DNA from: Marsupella aquatica
Taxonomy: Eukaryota; Plantae; Marchantiophyta
Direction: 5' to 3'
NCBI GenBank assembly: GCA_973895155.1
Contig: OZ316893.1
Span: 19,968,857 to 20,032,856 of the forward strand
Length of the DNA: 64,000 nt
Shown here: one piece after another, positions 1 through 13,978 of the stretch
How the letters are laid out: each line of letters starts with the position of its first letter
How positions within the stretch are numbered: position 1 is the stretch's first letter
Notes under the pieces: model-generated
The model's database searches: none
What the model was told of the DNA's origin: nothing
What the model saw: the letters and a program-made list of their open reading frames with translations, nothing else
Translations under genes and position numbers: made by a program

Positions 1-1390
1 GTCCAAATATAAAAAGTTCTCATTATCAGACAAATTTTCTCTTATCACACAAATTTTTATCAGACAAAATTCTCTTACCATACTTAGCCCATGGCTGTAC
101 TCCTTACTCTATAGAGAACGTTATTTTCTACTAGATAAAATTCCACCCTGGCTATGGCTTCACTCTGTGGAGTACCAAATGAACGGACTTGGTTTCACTG
201 TAGGGAGTACTAGGTAAATGGATTTCGATCTCAAATTATAGCATAGATAAATAAATGAAATCCATGCAGCTGGGATTAATACTGTCTTATTGTTTGACTT
301 GTGAATGAAGGAAGCTAGCGGCAAGTCCGGGCCAGAGCAGCCTCAAAGCCTAGGAATCAAATTTTGGAGCCAGGTCGACCATCGAAGTAGTGTGAAACAC
401 ACACTTAAAAGGAATCCAGAGGAAGAACGAAAAGCAGACTGTCTTATCTAGCTTACAATGGTGTGAAGTTGGTCTTCCGAGCTTGTCATTGAAGGCTTAT
501 CTCAGCTCGTTCATAATCTCGTGCAGCAGGCTGTTCGAGATAATGTATTATATTTGCACAGGTCTGAAACGTTCCAAATTATCTGCATGGAACGGATCGC
601 CTTCGTAGAAATGGATTGATTCTCGTAGAAGCTCTCTTGTCATGGACCAGCACACTATTAAAGCTAGTAGGGTTGAAAGACAGACGCCTTAGAACACGTG
701 TCCTCTGTGAAGTCTCATGATTGTGTGTGCACAAAGTTTTCATTGATTGAATCCATTGCGCAGCTGAATTGCTTCCAACTAAAGTACTGTAAGTTTACAA
801 TATCCAAATTAGAAATAACCCCAAATCTATCGCAGATGCATGAGCTACATACTAAGTATGCACAGTTCTCAAAAGAAACATGAAAGCACGTCACATCTTT
901 AACTGCTTTGAAAAGTAATCATAGATAACTATGGAGGCTAGATCGTCTCGATCCCATCTTTTCGGTTCTTATTATAGACGGATCATAGAGCCAATTGTCA
1001 ACTGTCCTGATTGCATTGCGGGCTCTCTGTGCTGTAGACCAGACGCTCTGGGCGGACGGAGCGATGAAAATGCAGCCGTGCAAGCCCCACAGGCATGCAT
1101 AGCGGACTCCACCCAAACACCAATAAACAGATTGCATGGGCGTTGGCCAAACAATTTTTAAAACGTTTTTTTCGGTCAAGGTGGGGAGTGTCACCTTGCG
1201 TGAAGGAGAAGATGATAAGATAGTCAATCCTTCCAAATATCTTTGCAAAACTATAATATTTAATCCTGCCAACTTTTGGAGTGAATCAAGGGATCCTTCA
1301 GATGTATTCTGTCAATTTTTTGGACCATGGGATTATTCCAATATGCAACAGGTAACATTCATTGTTATAAACTTAAACAAATGTATAGGC

Positions 1391-1494
1391 GTAAGTGTCC
1401 AAAGAATGAAATGTAATTGATGGAATTTGCGTGAATGCACTGGTAAGTGTCCAAAGAATGAAATGCACTTGATGGAATTTGCATGAATGCACTG
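1391..1494. repeat. 52 bp tandem duplication
   Basis: gtaagtgtccaaagaatgaaatg...gatggaatttgc.tgaatgcactg occurs twice head-to-tail (1391 and 1443). Confidence 0.85.
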
Positions 1495-3216
1495 GAAGTG
1501 CAGGCTATAGAGAGTACAGCCTACACTCAAGTAGTAATGGGTATGACCACCCGGGAGAGAGAAAGAAGGATAACCAAGGAATTTTTAATTTCCTTTTTTG
1601 AATAGTTTTGCCTCTTTACTAAGGCTCTCTCCCCCATTTTTAATTTTTTAGGAGGTGGCGAGGCAGTTTTTTGGGGGTTTAAACCCTAAACCCGCTTCCA
1701 CAACTTCAGAGACAGTGGTGATTTAACGTGGAATTGTAGGGTAACCCAACCCCTTGAGGGGGTTAGATCACTCCCACTTATATATGTACGTAAAAGAGGA
1801 TGGAGAGTGCTTATGACTGGTTTGGCTTGCCATAGCCAAAAGTGGCCTCTCACAACTCTCTTGTGTCAGTTGCAAACACAACATAGCGTAGCTGGACCCA
1901 CTTTTTTGCCACTCTGCCTCAACATTCAGCACACTTAAACTGATTGCAAAATATGCTTAGATATCCAAGATTTTACATGATGACTGACTGTGCACATTGA
2001 TCCCATGGTCGAGAGCAAATTTGAATGTGACGTTCCTGCGGACCAGTTGAGTTTGCTCTTACTTGAGGTATGACTGAACCTGAGGTTTTATTAGAGATTA
2101 TAGCCCATATGAGCATTCCCACTGGTGCACACAAAATCACCTGCCATTGAAAGTTAAATAGCAAAGTGAAAAGGCATTAAGAATTTGGAGGATGCCTGAT
2201 ACAAGGATAAAATTTAAGTACACTTCCTTATATACAAAAGATGACTAATGCTATCCTCACGAGTCTCACTATATGGGGCCTTCCCATCACCTCTGATATT
2301 TTTAAGTCTTGGATCCCTTAAAATGTAAGAAAAAATATTCTTGACTTTATAAAGTTAAAATATTCTTAAAATTTGATTAAAAAAGCCATAATGTATTTAT
2401 AAGTATCAAAATTAGATTTAAAAGATCTTATTGTTGTTCTGAGAAAATTAGTAAGTCTTCATTTAGAACCAATAAAAGACCCTATCCTTCGTGAGCACAG
2501 ATTTTTATGTATATAGAAATTCGGGAACCATGACTTCTTACCAGCCATCGGTTAGTGAGGGGAGACAAGGTGGTAGCAGCCTCCTCTCCATGAGATCCTC
2601 TCTTCTACTATAGAGGATACACCTACAGTCAGATTCTCCTACCAACAAACTTTATTAATAGTTGTTCGGTGTTTATTAATAGTTGTTAGATCCTCCTAGA
2701 CGTGGCAAATGAACCATAGCCATGCATCAGTGCTTGGCAAATGACCTCTGTTTTTCAATAATTTTCCCTTTGCGTCATCTGCTAGAGCAATTTGGGGGTA
2801 ACGGATTTTGAAAATTTTAATCTAGGAAAAATTGGAATGAACATTAGGTTTGGGATTTGACCAATCTGTCAGATCCCTCTGGCTCCCCGCACCCCAAGCC
2901 AAGGTCCTTCAATTCTGAAGTTTTTGGTTTTTTTTCCAAAGAAGGACTGAGAAATCCATGAATTGGACTCCTAAGTTGGGTGTTCAACTGAAGTAAGCAT
3001 TGACCTGAATCATGGGGCCGCAGGGTTTTCTCCTTATTCCAGAAAGCAAAAAGAATTGAGTGACTACCCTATTTACCAAACGATGCATTTCACCATAGTT
3101 TTAGTCAAAGATTTAGACGAAGGCCAGATCGAATAGGTTACTGCTATTCAAACAACCCCAGCTAACAACCCCAGCTATTATTTATTTACAATTTACAATC
3201 TTCATTATCAACAAAG

Positions 3217-3221
3217 GCGGG

Positions 3222-3264
<43 letters not shown>

Positions 3265-3289
3265 GGGTGTTCGATCCACTCTCACCGCA
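3217..3289 (+). tRNA. tRNA-Phe(GAA): tRNA-Phe(GAA), cytosolic plant type, T-stem variant
   Basis: 73 nt GCGGGGATAGCTCAGTTGGGAGAGCGTCAGACTGAAGATCTGAAGGTCGGGTGTTCGATCCACTCTCACCGCA. Cloverleaf intact, anticodon loop CTGAAGA, A and B boxes present, AT-rich upstream with CAA motifs. Confidence 0.97.
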
Positions 3290-3293
3290 TTTT
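3290..3293 (+). terminator. RNA polymerase III T-run terminator
   Basis: TTTT directly after the discriminator A of tRNA-Phe. Confidence 0.65.
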
Positions 3294-3297
3294 GCCG

Positions 3298-3544
3298 CCA
3301 TCTTGGGCTTCTCTCGTGGAATTTGGTCTCCGTGACAAAATTGCGTTTGAAGGTTGAATGCTTCATTCACAGCACTAACTTTTGCCTTCAATCGGGCAAT
3401 TGTCAATCATCTCGCGAGAATTAGCTACAGGCTGCAATCTTCGGCTTCTTCCGTGGAACTTGGTCACTGTGACTAAAATCGGAACTTGAAGCTCGAATGC
3501 TTCACAGTATTCACTATTGTCGTCAGTCGGGCAAATTTCAATCT
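3298..3544. repeat. Diverged ~110 bp direct repeat (two copies) immediately 3' of tRNA-Phe
   Basis: catcttgggcttctctcgtggaatttggtctccgtgac...gaatgcttca...tcgggcaattgtcaatc (3298-3408) matches caatcttcggcttcttccgtggaacttggtcactgtgac...gaatgcttca...tcgggcaaatttcaatc (3436-3544). Confidence 0.8.
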
Positions 3545-5949
3545 TGCAAATTCATCCCCGTGAGAAAGAACGTTTCCTCTTTGCACTGCAGCTGCTCTCT
3601 GAAGTAAATTGGAAAGAAGCAATGAGCACAACATGTAATTGATCAATCAATGTTTTGATGTGAAATTTCATTAGCTTTTTTTGTACATAGGTTTTTGGTG
3701 ACCAAGAAGAGTAGCTGACTGTACACATCTCCTGCAGCTCCTCCGGCTCGATCGAAGCAAGCTAGCCAGGGTCTCGGGCAACTCTCAAGGTAACTCAAAC
3801 TTTGCATATATGGGAGCATATTAATTACGGAATATCGGGCATTACTGTAAATCTCTATCGACACAGATAGTGATGCACAGTCAGATCGTCCATTAAAGCA
3901 AAGAGTCACCCATTTCAAATTGATCGTCCCTCCTTGCAACGCCTTAGGTGGTCTAAACGGGTCCAATCGATGTCGACGAGCTTCTGCGGGAAGGTTGGCG
4001 AAGCAAAAGTGAGGCGAGGGCAGCAGTTGTTGGGAACATCCCGAAGACCACTAGCAAAAGCCCGACCAGCCATGGTACAAACCAGCCTTTGAGCTGCCAT
4101 ATGTGTACTACAGTAGCGACCGTCGTGTCCCCAATCTCTCTGGTCAGGATTCATTGATTTGAGTCGGATTTGAGTTTGACTATCAAGACTTGATCCAGCT
4201 TGCAAATTTTCAAACTAAGCTACTGCGCTGAAGTTGAATTTAATTTGAGCTCCCCAGACGGTATCCCATAAATGAATAAGTATGCCAAACGAGTTGCACT
4301 TGACGGATCCCGCAGAGACGAAATCCGTCAGTAACTGGTTTTTGTTTCTATTTTCTGTATTTTCTGGTTTTCTGATATCCCTGCGATTTGGAAGCAGAAC
4401 AGGTTTACCCTGGGGCCTGGCTTCTAGCGCGCGAGCCTTTGAGGACAACAAAAGTGTGCCCATGTCGCTGCCCCGACCAAGGTCACAGACATCTGGTCGC
4501 CTTCTTTCAATATTGTTCCACGCTTTGGTAATTTGATTGCCTTGAATGTGTCGGGTGAGCAGCAGTCTTCTGTGTCTGTTAGTTCACTTTTGATCTGAAG
4601 CTAGTTTCCCCTTCTAAACTTATGTTTGGTCTTTTTCCTTACTTACCCTGTCAATAGTCAGAAATACACAAACCATTTGCCCCTTGTTTTCAAGAAACTA
4701 AAGCATTGTTTTCCTAGATGGTACCAATTGTTCCCTGTACTTTCCTTACACCATCATCGTTATACAGGCAGCGATGAGTATGAGATTGCCAAAATGTAGG
4801 CAAATAAGGAGCAATTTGACACATCGATCAGGTACGATATACATCTGCACTGAACTGCATTCGCTGACAAGGCTGGTGTTGTTCAGTGCCCAATCCTAAG
4901 GAGCCCAAACCAACTGGCTCCTTGGCCAGGGGGTGCCCCTAGAACTGAGAGGTCCCAGGGGTGTGGGTGGGTGGTGGCGGTTGGGGTGGGGTGCGGTCTA
5001 GTGATGGGAATATTGGTTATCTCCTGAGCCCCTGGTTGCCCACTTTGGGGCTCTGGTTTTAACCTTCTCGTCCTCCTGGTCTGGGTTCCACTTTGATCCT
5101 TGGATATTGTCTACCTATGCTCCAAAGGAAGACATCTAAGTATACTCTGTTGGATGGGCTTGCTTTCTATTTTCAAGGCAAAAATAATAATTCTAAGGAG
5201 TGCAATATACAGTTCTAGATTAGTGCTGAGAGTACAGTCACAAGCTGGCCCTAAGTACAATCAAGCTTCACCTCACACCTAGCTAGACCAGCCGACCAGG
5301 AGTAGAACCCATCTTTACAGGAAGTCATGCTCGATATAAAGCTATGTCAACACCTAGACCACTGTAGATTGGTGCAGAGGATTAGTGACAAACGGGGCCC
5401 AACGTCCTGTCACTCGTCCACATCATTAAATATCATGAGAGCAAGAGTTTTCTTACCAACCAAACTGGAATTGGCTTGAAAGGTGGGAAAAAATATATAT
5501 TATGTGAACGAACAATAAAAAGAGTATGTCCCCATGTGCACAAGCACTGACTAGACCAAATATGATAATTTTGTTAGGGTCAAAGACGTACCTGTACTTG
5601 ATGATCACTATCACCGTCTTGTAATTCTCACATCTAACAGTTACAGAAAGCCATTAATGAGAGTGGACCACAACTAAACTGTACCGGCATTTTTAAAAAT
5701 TTCATACGCTATATGCACGGTCTGACGTTGATCTGGTTAATTTTTATTGAAAATTGGAATGTTGACATAGGTTGAGGGCCTCACTCTTTGGAGAGACTAT
5801 CATGTGCAATGACTTGGATTAACTTGTTATACCCTTATCGACTGACAAATAAGTAGCACGAGATCAATCAGGTAATCACATGTGGCATTTTTGAAGGTTT
5901 AAACCCTTCTTCCATGTATGCCTTGTTCATCAAGTTGTATGCAAAAATA

Positions 5950-6770
5950 TTTTATTACATTGTTGAACATTTTATTACATTAAAGGGCACTGTTAATGTT
6001 TACAACAAAGCCCTTCCATAAATGAAATAGTCCCCTTGTTCACCATAAATAATCACAATCTACAATAAGGTTGTGAAGCCATTGATTGTGCACAGGCTTC
6101 ATAGAAATGGACTTTTATTACATTTTTCCCCATTTTATTACATTAAAGGGCACTGTTAATTTTATTACTTTAGCCATTAATATCCCTACATTTAAGAATA
6201 ACTGTCAGATTCTGGCTAGTGGGGTGTGTGGCCTTCGGTGGGATTTGGACTAACCCGAAACAAAAAGCCTTGTGGAAAAGTGGGATTTGGACTAATCCGA
6301 AACAAAAAGCCTTGTGGAAAAGTTTCATCCAAAGTGACCAAGACTTTTCAGTATTTGGTAAGTTTTTGCCACTAGGAAAAATATGAGTGTTAAACCTACA
6401 GTTGGCCCATTGCAATCCATTATTGCAAATAGTAAGTGCTTGCACTATGATGTAGTGCAAGCTTTTAATACCTGTGTTTATTCCCAGGAATGTGCACTTA
6501 GAGAGAGTTCACTGTTTTAGGTAGAGTTATACAATTTAGGGAGGAAGTCATGAGAGTGTTGTCAACACACACAGGGCCCATTCTAATTGATAAATGTGAA
6601 TTCCAAGAGTTTGCACTTATGACCCTCATTAAGCTCACTAACAGGGCTCACATCAATCGCTAAATGCAATTCCACCTGGTTGCACTTATGAATTAGTGCA
6701 ACCCCTCATTAAGTGCATACACACGGGAGGCTTCTTCTCAGTAATGTGCACTTAGAGAGACGTCCCTGTA
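5950..6770. repeat. Patchwork of short direct duplications, probable TE relic
   Basis: ttttattacattaaagggcactgttaat at ~5971 and ~6133; ~42 bp tandem tgggatttggactaa.ccgaaacaaaaagccttgtggaaaag at ~6239-6322; aatgtgcacttagagaga at ~6489 and ~6743. Confidence 0.65.
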
Positions 6771-7926
6771 GAAAGAAACAAGCTCCTGAGATGTCACATG
6801 ATCGATGCTCGAGGTCGAAATCATTCGTTCAGACATTCATATGAAAAATGAATTCCAGGCAGTCACTGGTCCCAAACAACGTGTACCGTCCTCAGTCTCG
6901 TACAACATTGGCATGGCTGCCCTGCTGTGCCCTCGATGCATCTTTTTCCAGCGTACCGTCTTGTCCCCTCTTGTCATGTCTTGCCAGCCAAGTCTGTACC
7001 GCTTCTGTGCGTTGGCCTCCATGGAAATTCAAGGAATCAAGGCCCTGATTTGAATGACGGCGACGTACATTCAATTCGTATGAATCACCACCAGCTTGCC
7101 TGCAGCTCGGCCACGGATTCCTCTCTTTCCGTAACCGAGAGCACGTTCGGAGTACTGTACTTCTTTGTCGAGTCGCTGGTTTGTAGTCTCGTCAAGGTTT
7201 GGAGCCAAATCAAAATCACTTGTCAGCCAAAACGAAATAAAAATATAAATGGAACGATGGGGAATGATCGAGAGCGAAAGGGTGGAAAGAAAGGTGAGGA
7301 GGGAGGGAGGGAGGCATAATAATTAGCCGTTCTCCCCTCCTTGCGAAACACACGTTTGGGTGGTACTGTTGTTGTACTCTTGTCCGGAAGCCAGAGCATA
7401 ATACCGGTACCACTGGCTGAGGGTTGGAACGGACCATTTTGCGTTGCAGCTGTAGATGTGTGGATCTTCTCATGATACCCATGATCGATTCAGTGCGGTG
7501 AGTAGTGTGCTGAGAGATCATTTGTGGGTTTTCGTACGCAACTTTCCTGTTAAGTTGATATATCATTCACAAGGAAAATCTCCCATTCAACTGGACTGTG
7601 TCTTGCTTTCTGCATTGATACCTTTCTTTCGTTTATATAGAATCTGACATGACTGTTCGCTGAATCTATTCTCTTAGGCAGACAATTTTCCTGTTGAGTT
7701 GTTATATTACTCACAGGGAAAGTCAGTTTCCGATTCAACTGAACTGCATGTGTTGTTGCTTTTCTGCATACCATCCGTTCGTTTTGTAGACTTTGACATG
7801 ACTATTCGCTGAGAATCTGGCCACAGAGTGACGATGAGAACGAATTGTAGAGAAAAAATCGCAAGGGTGTGTTGAACGTACAAGGAGCTGTATTGGTGGG
7901 GGAGCTCTGGTTCAATTCTCACCATC

Positions 7927-10580
7927 ATGGCGAAGGGGGAAGGGCATTGGTGGACTTCAATGGTGTCATTGGTCCTAGTGGTGGCCTATGCCTCTCAGGT
8001 GCCCCACATTGCCTGCCAGCAGTTTGACTCTGCTATTCCTAAGGCCTTTGCGACTGAGGTACCCTCGACTTTTGAGGACTTTGAAAATGACTTCACTGTA
8101 TTTTGGGGCCCTGACAACGTTCGGACCACGCCTTCCGCGCAGATGCTGAATTTGATTCTCACTAATGATTCAGGTGAGTGCTAGATGTCCTCCACGAACG
8201 AATGTATATGTCCGTTGTGTCCCGGCCGGTGTCGCTTAGCTTGATCAGCATCTCTCTGCTTGCATTCGTCCTCGATTACGAACACTGACGATGTGTGACA
8301 ATTTTTGAGATGCTTAGTGCGGGTCCTTGATGAGCTGTTCGACTCAAGTTTATGCTCATTATGGATTGAAACAGCTTACCGTGTAACATGTTGTTCTTGT
8401 GACCAGGAGCTGGATTCGGTTCGAAGACAGCATACCTATTTGGCAGGATCAACATGAATCTGAAGCTAATCGGCGGCGATTCTGCTGGAACAGTCACCAC
8501 TTATTATGTATGACACTGCCTGGGCACAGTCTTTTGTCTCTGAAAGGTCTTGTAAAGTACGTAAGCCAGGATAGACTCGAGGATAGACTATTATTCGTAG
8601 ACCTGAAGTGTCGCTCTAGACATAAGAAGCCACGGTGCTTGTTCGAATCACCTAGATCATCTTGATGATTGCATTATTTGCTTCACTTGTGTTTGTGCAT
8701 AAATGTTCGGTAAGATTCATTGGACTAGTGTCAGTATTAGCCACTGCTTCTCTTGTGTTTGTGCATGTTCGGTAGTACGATTTCTGCATGAAAATGAAAT
8801 GAGCAAAGCGATGTCCTTACCGCCTAGCTGCAAGAATTTCTGGATCGCCAGACTGTTCGATCAGTTGACTGCAAACCCGTTGCAAATGGAACATGCGTTG
8901 ACTGCAAACAAGCTGGAAGGGGAACTTAGATTTGATTGCAAACTAATTGGCGTTTCCAGAATGAGAGCTATTATTGTGTTGTCCTCAGTTGATTTAGCCA
9001 AGCTTTCGATCATCATCTGAGGTCTATGCTTCGATGCATTCCTGGAGCACTGAGTTGAGCACAGAGCTGCCTGGGAGCGGTCTAATTGTGCGCATTGTAT
9101 ACATTCGAGCGTATTTGAGATCTGAACTGTTTGATGATCGTCGATGCTGTTGCAGTTATGCACTTGTGTGAACTGTTTGCTTTCGTTACGCCGAATTCAA
9201 GACGGAAATTACATTTTGAAATACCTTGTAATCTAGATCTTCGAGAATATCCTCACTTATAACTAGATTTGTTTGCTTTCCCACATGGGTGCAGCTGTCA
9301 TCGACTGGAGACAAACATGACGAACTAGACTTTGAGTTTCTGGGAAACCAGTCGGGGCTACCCTACATTCTCCAGACGAATGTGTTCGCAAGTGGGGTAG
9401 GGGAACGTGAGCAGAGAATATTTCTCTGGTTTGACCCCTCTGAAGATTTTCATTCATATTCCGTCTTGTGGAATAGGAATCTTATCATGTGAGTACAGGA
9501 TCCCACTTGCTCGAATGGTTTTAGTGCTGTATTTCCTTGATCATGAGAAACATGGATCTACAGATAGTTTAACGCCTCTTGGAATTAGAGTGTACTTTTA
9601 TTCTAGCACGACATTTGGATAAATTGGGCAAAAAGTATCTAATTTGATTGAAGATGAGGGTCAGGATACTTTCAATAGACATGTACGAGAAGTAGCAACA
9701 CTTATTCGGAAGCAATTGCACATTTCAATTCGAGGTTTCTTATGTTCTAAGGCCAGAGAGGAGAGTATTGAGCTTCTGAAGTGAAGGGATTTTAAACGAC
9801 TGTGCATTTTGGCCGACCAAATCAGTATCAGCTTTGCGCACAGAATGCAACAAAAATTACAAAACTCAAATGACGAAAGTGAATTGTAAGTTAGGTGTTC
9901 AATTGGCCTTCAGAAGCTAAAGCTGTTTGCTAAACCAATATAGGAAGAACATCCCTTGCTACATAAGACCCGGATGACTAGTCTACGAAGAAGAAAGGCT
10001 GTATACTGCAGAGCTCTCCCTCGATCTCCAGCCGAGCTTCCTTGGGAACAACGTGATTGCGATTGAGCTTCCTTTTATTCATGACGTGTACATGTCTGAA
10101 GCTTTTTGTCCTTGGGACGGCCCTGGCACCTTGCTAACTTTGGTCGGATGATTCCTACCAAAACTGCGGTGGTGGTGCAGATTCGAGGTTGATGGCATTC
10201 CCATTCGAATCTTCAGGAACAACGAGGCGATGGGTCTTCCGTATCTGAACGCCCAGCCCATGCGAGTGTACTCCAGCATCTGGAACGGGGAAACATGGGC
10301 TACCGAAGGGGGTCGCATCAAAGTGAACTGGACCTACTCTCCGTTTGTGGCGACATTCCAGAACTACAACTACGACGCTTGCGAGTGGACGGGCGAGGGG
10401 ACTCCCCCATGTGCAAATCTCGCTGCCATCAACTGGTGGGAGGCTGCAGAGTACCAAACGTTGACAGACGATCAATCAAACTCGCTCAGGAGGGTCCAAG
10501 AGCTGTACATGGTGTACAATTACTGCACTGACACCAAGAGGTGGAACACCACTCCTCCGGAATGTGCAACGAACCTATGA
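7927..10580 (+). CDS. XTH: Xyloglucan endotransglucosylase/hydrolase (GH16), 313 aa
   Basis: Exons 7927-8173, 8407-8507, 9295-9488, 10181-10580, all GT-AG, 942 nt in frame. The 101 and 194 nt internal exons are the usual XTH sizes. Signal-peptide-like N-terminus, [11 protein letters not shown], catalytic [10 protein letters not shown] followed by an NQS sequon, WATEGG, C-terminal YNYCTD...PPEC. Confidence 0.96.
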
Positions 10581-12800
10581 CGGTGGGGCCAGAGCACGCT
10601 TGGGGCTGGAGCGCCGTCCTCGGCGCCTGCTGGGTCACAATTACCCGGATCCTCAAGCACCCGTGCTCACTGGCCTGAATTTCCTCTTGTTCTTCTCGGA
10701 GGCATTGTGACATTCTTAGCTGCGCACTGTCATCGTGGAAGATTCTTTGGCTAACGGTTCGGAATGACTCTGCTCCTTCTCTACCAGAAAGTGCTTTTAC
10801 TTTCAGTGAAGTTGGCTTTGAATAAATTGTCTGGAGATGTCGACCTTAGTTGTGGGTGGGCCTGCAAATGCAAAGTTTGACATGGGAGTGATGTTCTATG
10901 GGAGAGAGCTTCAATGCTTGCAGCAGACGGGCTGCGTGTTCCTCTCAAACATCCAAAAAAGGTCACTCTGATGCATCATGTGTGCTGGAGATGGCCTTGG
11001 CTAGATACAAGGCCATCTCCAGCTCGTGTGGATGTAAACAGGTTGGATTCGTTAACTGCAGATTAATTAGCTTTAGAAGATGTCGATTCGCTCGGGAAAA
11101 TGTTCAGTTGATTCAACACATCTGAGGATCACTGCAAGTATCTGGAAACCACTGGTTTGGACAGTACTTACCAGGTTTTTCGACTGTTTAATGATTATTA
11201 TTATTCATAATTCGCTGCTTGTGAGGTGCTGATCAGGGCTCGTCAGATGACCGATCACTCCTTAAAGCTCCCTAACTTCTCATTTAAGGATTCCTTCCCA
11301 TTGCTAATCATAGAATCCCATATTCTGATAAGAGCATTCATGCAATACCCTGTTCACTTGCGTCTGGGACTGGAAAAGCAACTGCAAACAGATTAGGCTC
11401 GTGGAAAGCCATACCCTTGAGCGTTAGATGTGCTGCAAATTTCCCAAAGCATAGATTTCGGACAATTAAGTTTCGACACGTACTCAACTCGCAGGAACTT
11501 GATGGTGAATGATTACCAGTTCCCACAATTTCCATGCAGACTGAAGACACTGGATGGTGATGGCGCTGCACCAAGGTGTCAGACTATGGCTTCCAGAGAA
11601 GCAGTTAAAATAATTTCAAATATCGAGGCAAAGATTTTGGACCCTTGTTTCTATCTTCGAACTATACACAATTTCTCTATCGGAAGTTGTGGGTGAATGA
11701 TTAGTTGAGATTTCAGGACAACGGATCGGGGACTGCACGATGTGTCAAATGGTGGCCCCATCTCCGTCGCGCAGCTTTGCCAGCATTCATCCGGACTCTT
11801 ACAGTCATGTATTGCTTATTTGGTCTGTTCCTGAAACTATTTCATTCAATAAATATTGACAAAGCGCTTTTAATTTAGCAAATCTTCACGACACAATAAA
11901 ATGTCTACTGTGCTTTTGAGCTTCTTTCCTATTGATTTAAACTTAACGATCCAAGTTATCTAACATGATTGTGTAGCTGCTTGCTGCTTGGCATCTGCGT
12001 AACAAAACACAATGTGCTAGTAACTTATTGACCTACGTGCTGCCAATTCTCTAGTACATCTTAATTAAGTGTATCAAATCACGCAAAGGTAATACAGTAG
12101 GCCGTAAACAAATGGTGGTCGCACTATCACTCGAAGAAATGCTTGATGGATTGGGTCTGGGGTACAGGAGAAAGAGTGTGATTTTGTTTGCTGTCAGATG
12201 GCATCAATTGCGCAGTTGGTGGTACAATTAATTTGGCAGTTCGGGGTGTCTAAATCCTCCCCCTTGCACATTCAATACATGTGCCTTACGCAACTGTGAC
12301 CTTTCGAAAACAGGGCAGCTGCGATGTCACAATCAGAACTAGTTTGTTTTTCGATGGGTCCTAAACAACCTCAACTGAGCTGTTGGACTGAGCTGTTGGG
12401 CTCTCACGGCAGCTACGACATCACAATAAATAGGAATTGTACGGTACATCACCGCACGGCTGGCAATCAAGAATTGCCATAAGAGGTTGTCCCATCAGAG
12501 TTTTTGTGCAAGTTACCAACTGTAAGGAGAGACACGGTCATGTCAAGATAGAGTTATTTGGCCCACTAGAGGTGGTCAAATACAGCTAACCTTTTAACCA
12601 TAGGTTCGACGACGATATCTGGCTCCACCAGCATGAGAAGATGCAAAATTTCATGGTGAAGTGCTCACAAACCAAACCATACCAAATAGGTCAATCCTTC
12701 GTAGTCTTAACAGCAAAAATTGTGACTATTTAGTGAAGCGAAATTTTCTTAAGGCCATTCGAAGCTCAATTTATTAAAAGAGAAGCCCAAGGCGACAACA

Positions 12801-13978
12801 ATGCAGCACAAAGCTCAATCCATAACATAGAACGATGTATCAGAACATATGTAAATTCCTTCTGTGTCCCACAGAATAATCGTTTGTTCCAGATAACGAA
12901 GAAATCGTAAGACCAAGCTTACTTTTTAATTACAATTGTGCCGATCTTCACACAGCACTGGAGATGGTGCAAGACTAGGGCAGCAGAGTCCCAAACTTGA
13001 AGGGCTCATAGTTTTCGACTACTCTGTTCAAAGAGAATATCTGTGCAAATTCTACACTCCTTCATTGGCGAAGAAAAAATATTTTCGACCTCTTGCGAGG
13101 CCTCCTAAATCATTATCATATATGACATCAAACGACCTATGTTACCCTGGCCAGCGCTCGCAAATAAGGAAACCACATTTCGCACTATTCTCCTTCTGCT
13201 TTTAGAATAGGGACCACGAGAGGATGCCACTGTGCTAGGTATACAATCGCCCAACTGAACACGTCCGGAACAAACCACATGAATTCAGAAGCCAGACTAA
13301 CCCCAGAAATCCTATGCTTCCTTGTGTAGTTCGCGGGAGATACGTAAGAATATTAGAAGGCATGGAAGCAATGCACCATGGAGATCACCATCTACACGAG
13401 TGCATCATATTTCTCGTGTTAGGCGCCAGGATTCTCTATCCGCACGCCAAGACATCACAGAAATGCACAAAATTCATAAACGACCTGGATAGAGATTGGT
13501 GGCACTTACATCAAGTAGCAGCAAAAGACCGCTGTGTTCACCAACACGACATGCATCCTGAATTCCCAAGCGGAAAATCAAATCTCAGCGGAAAAAGTGA
13601 TGCTCGAGAAAGACAGACGGACAGAGAGAGAGAGAGACCACCCGCAGAGCCTTGATGAACGCCGATTTCATTTCTAAAACCCTAAAAAATGCAAAACTGG
13701 GAGACAGACTAAGCAGACTACCTGATATCGCCGAGCGAAAAGCCATGAATCCACCCATCAATCAATGAATCGATCAATCAATCGATCAATGAATCAGTCG
13801 ATGGATCAGTCGGGTCAGCAAGTAACTCACCTGTTGGCAGAGGGGCCCTTGTTGAAACAAACTGGGACGGCCAGGGAGCCCACGAGGCCAGCCAACACGT
13901 AGTAGAACGTGGTGAGAATAAACCCCATCTCGTCGACAGAACGCCCCGATTGCTTTGCTTGCTTGCTTGCTTGCTTGC
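12801..13978 (-). repeat. ~1.18 kb segment carrying VHA-e, duplicated in inverted orientation at 39231-40414
   Basis: Colinear reverse-complement match (exon coordinates of the two copies sum to 53214) with scattered SNPs. Bounded by a (GCAA)n tract at one end and atgcagc/gctgcat at the other. Confidence 0.95.
13185..13928 (-). CDS. VHA-e: V-type proton ATPase V0 subunit e, 71 aa, intact copy
   Basis: Exons 13928-13831, 13557-13510, 13254-13185, GT-AG, 216 nt: MGFILTTFYYVLAGLVGSLAVPVCFNKGPSANRMHVVLVNTAVFCCYLIWAIVYLAQWHPLVVPILKAEGE*. Matches plant VHA-e (NxGPSxN, CC, WAIVY.AQ..PL.VPIL). Not present in the ORF track. Confidence 0.93.

Noticed and set aside
698-1420. Overlapping short ORFs near the window start
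   Set aside because: No recognisable motifs or consistent splice structure on either strand.
1675-1693. gggtttaaaccctaaaccc as a telomere fusion site
   Set aside because: Only about two units; short telo-box-like motifs are common in plant genomes.
12936-13655. ORFs of 89 and 113 aa conserved between the two duplicated segments (also 39559-40278)
   Set aside because: They are antisense shadows of the spliced VHA-e gene; their conservation only reflects the recent duplication.
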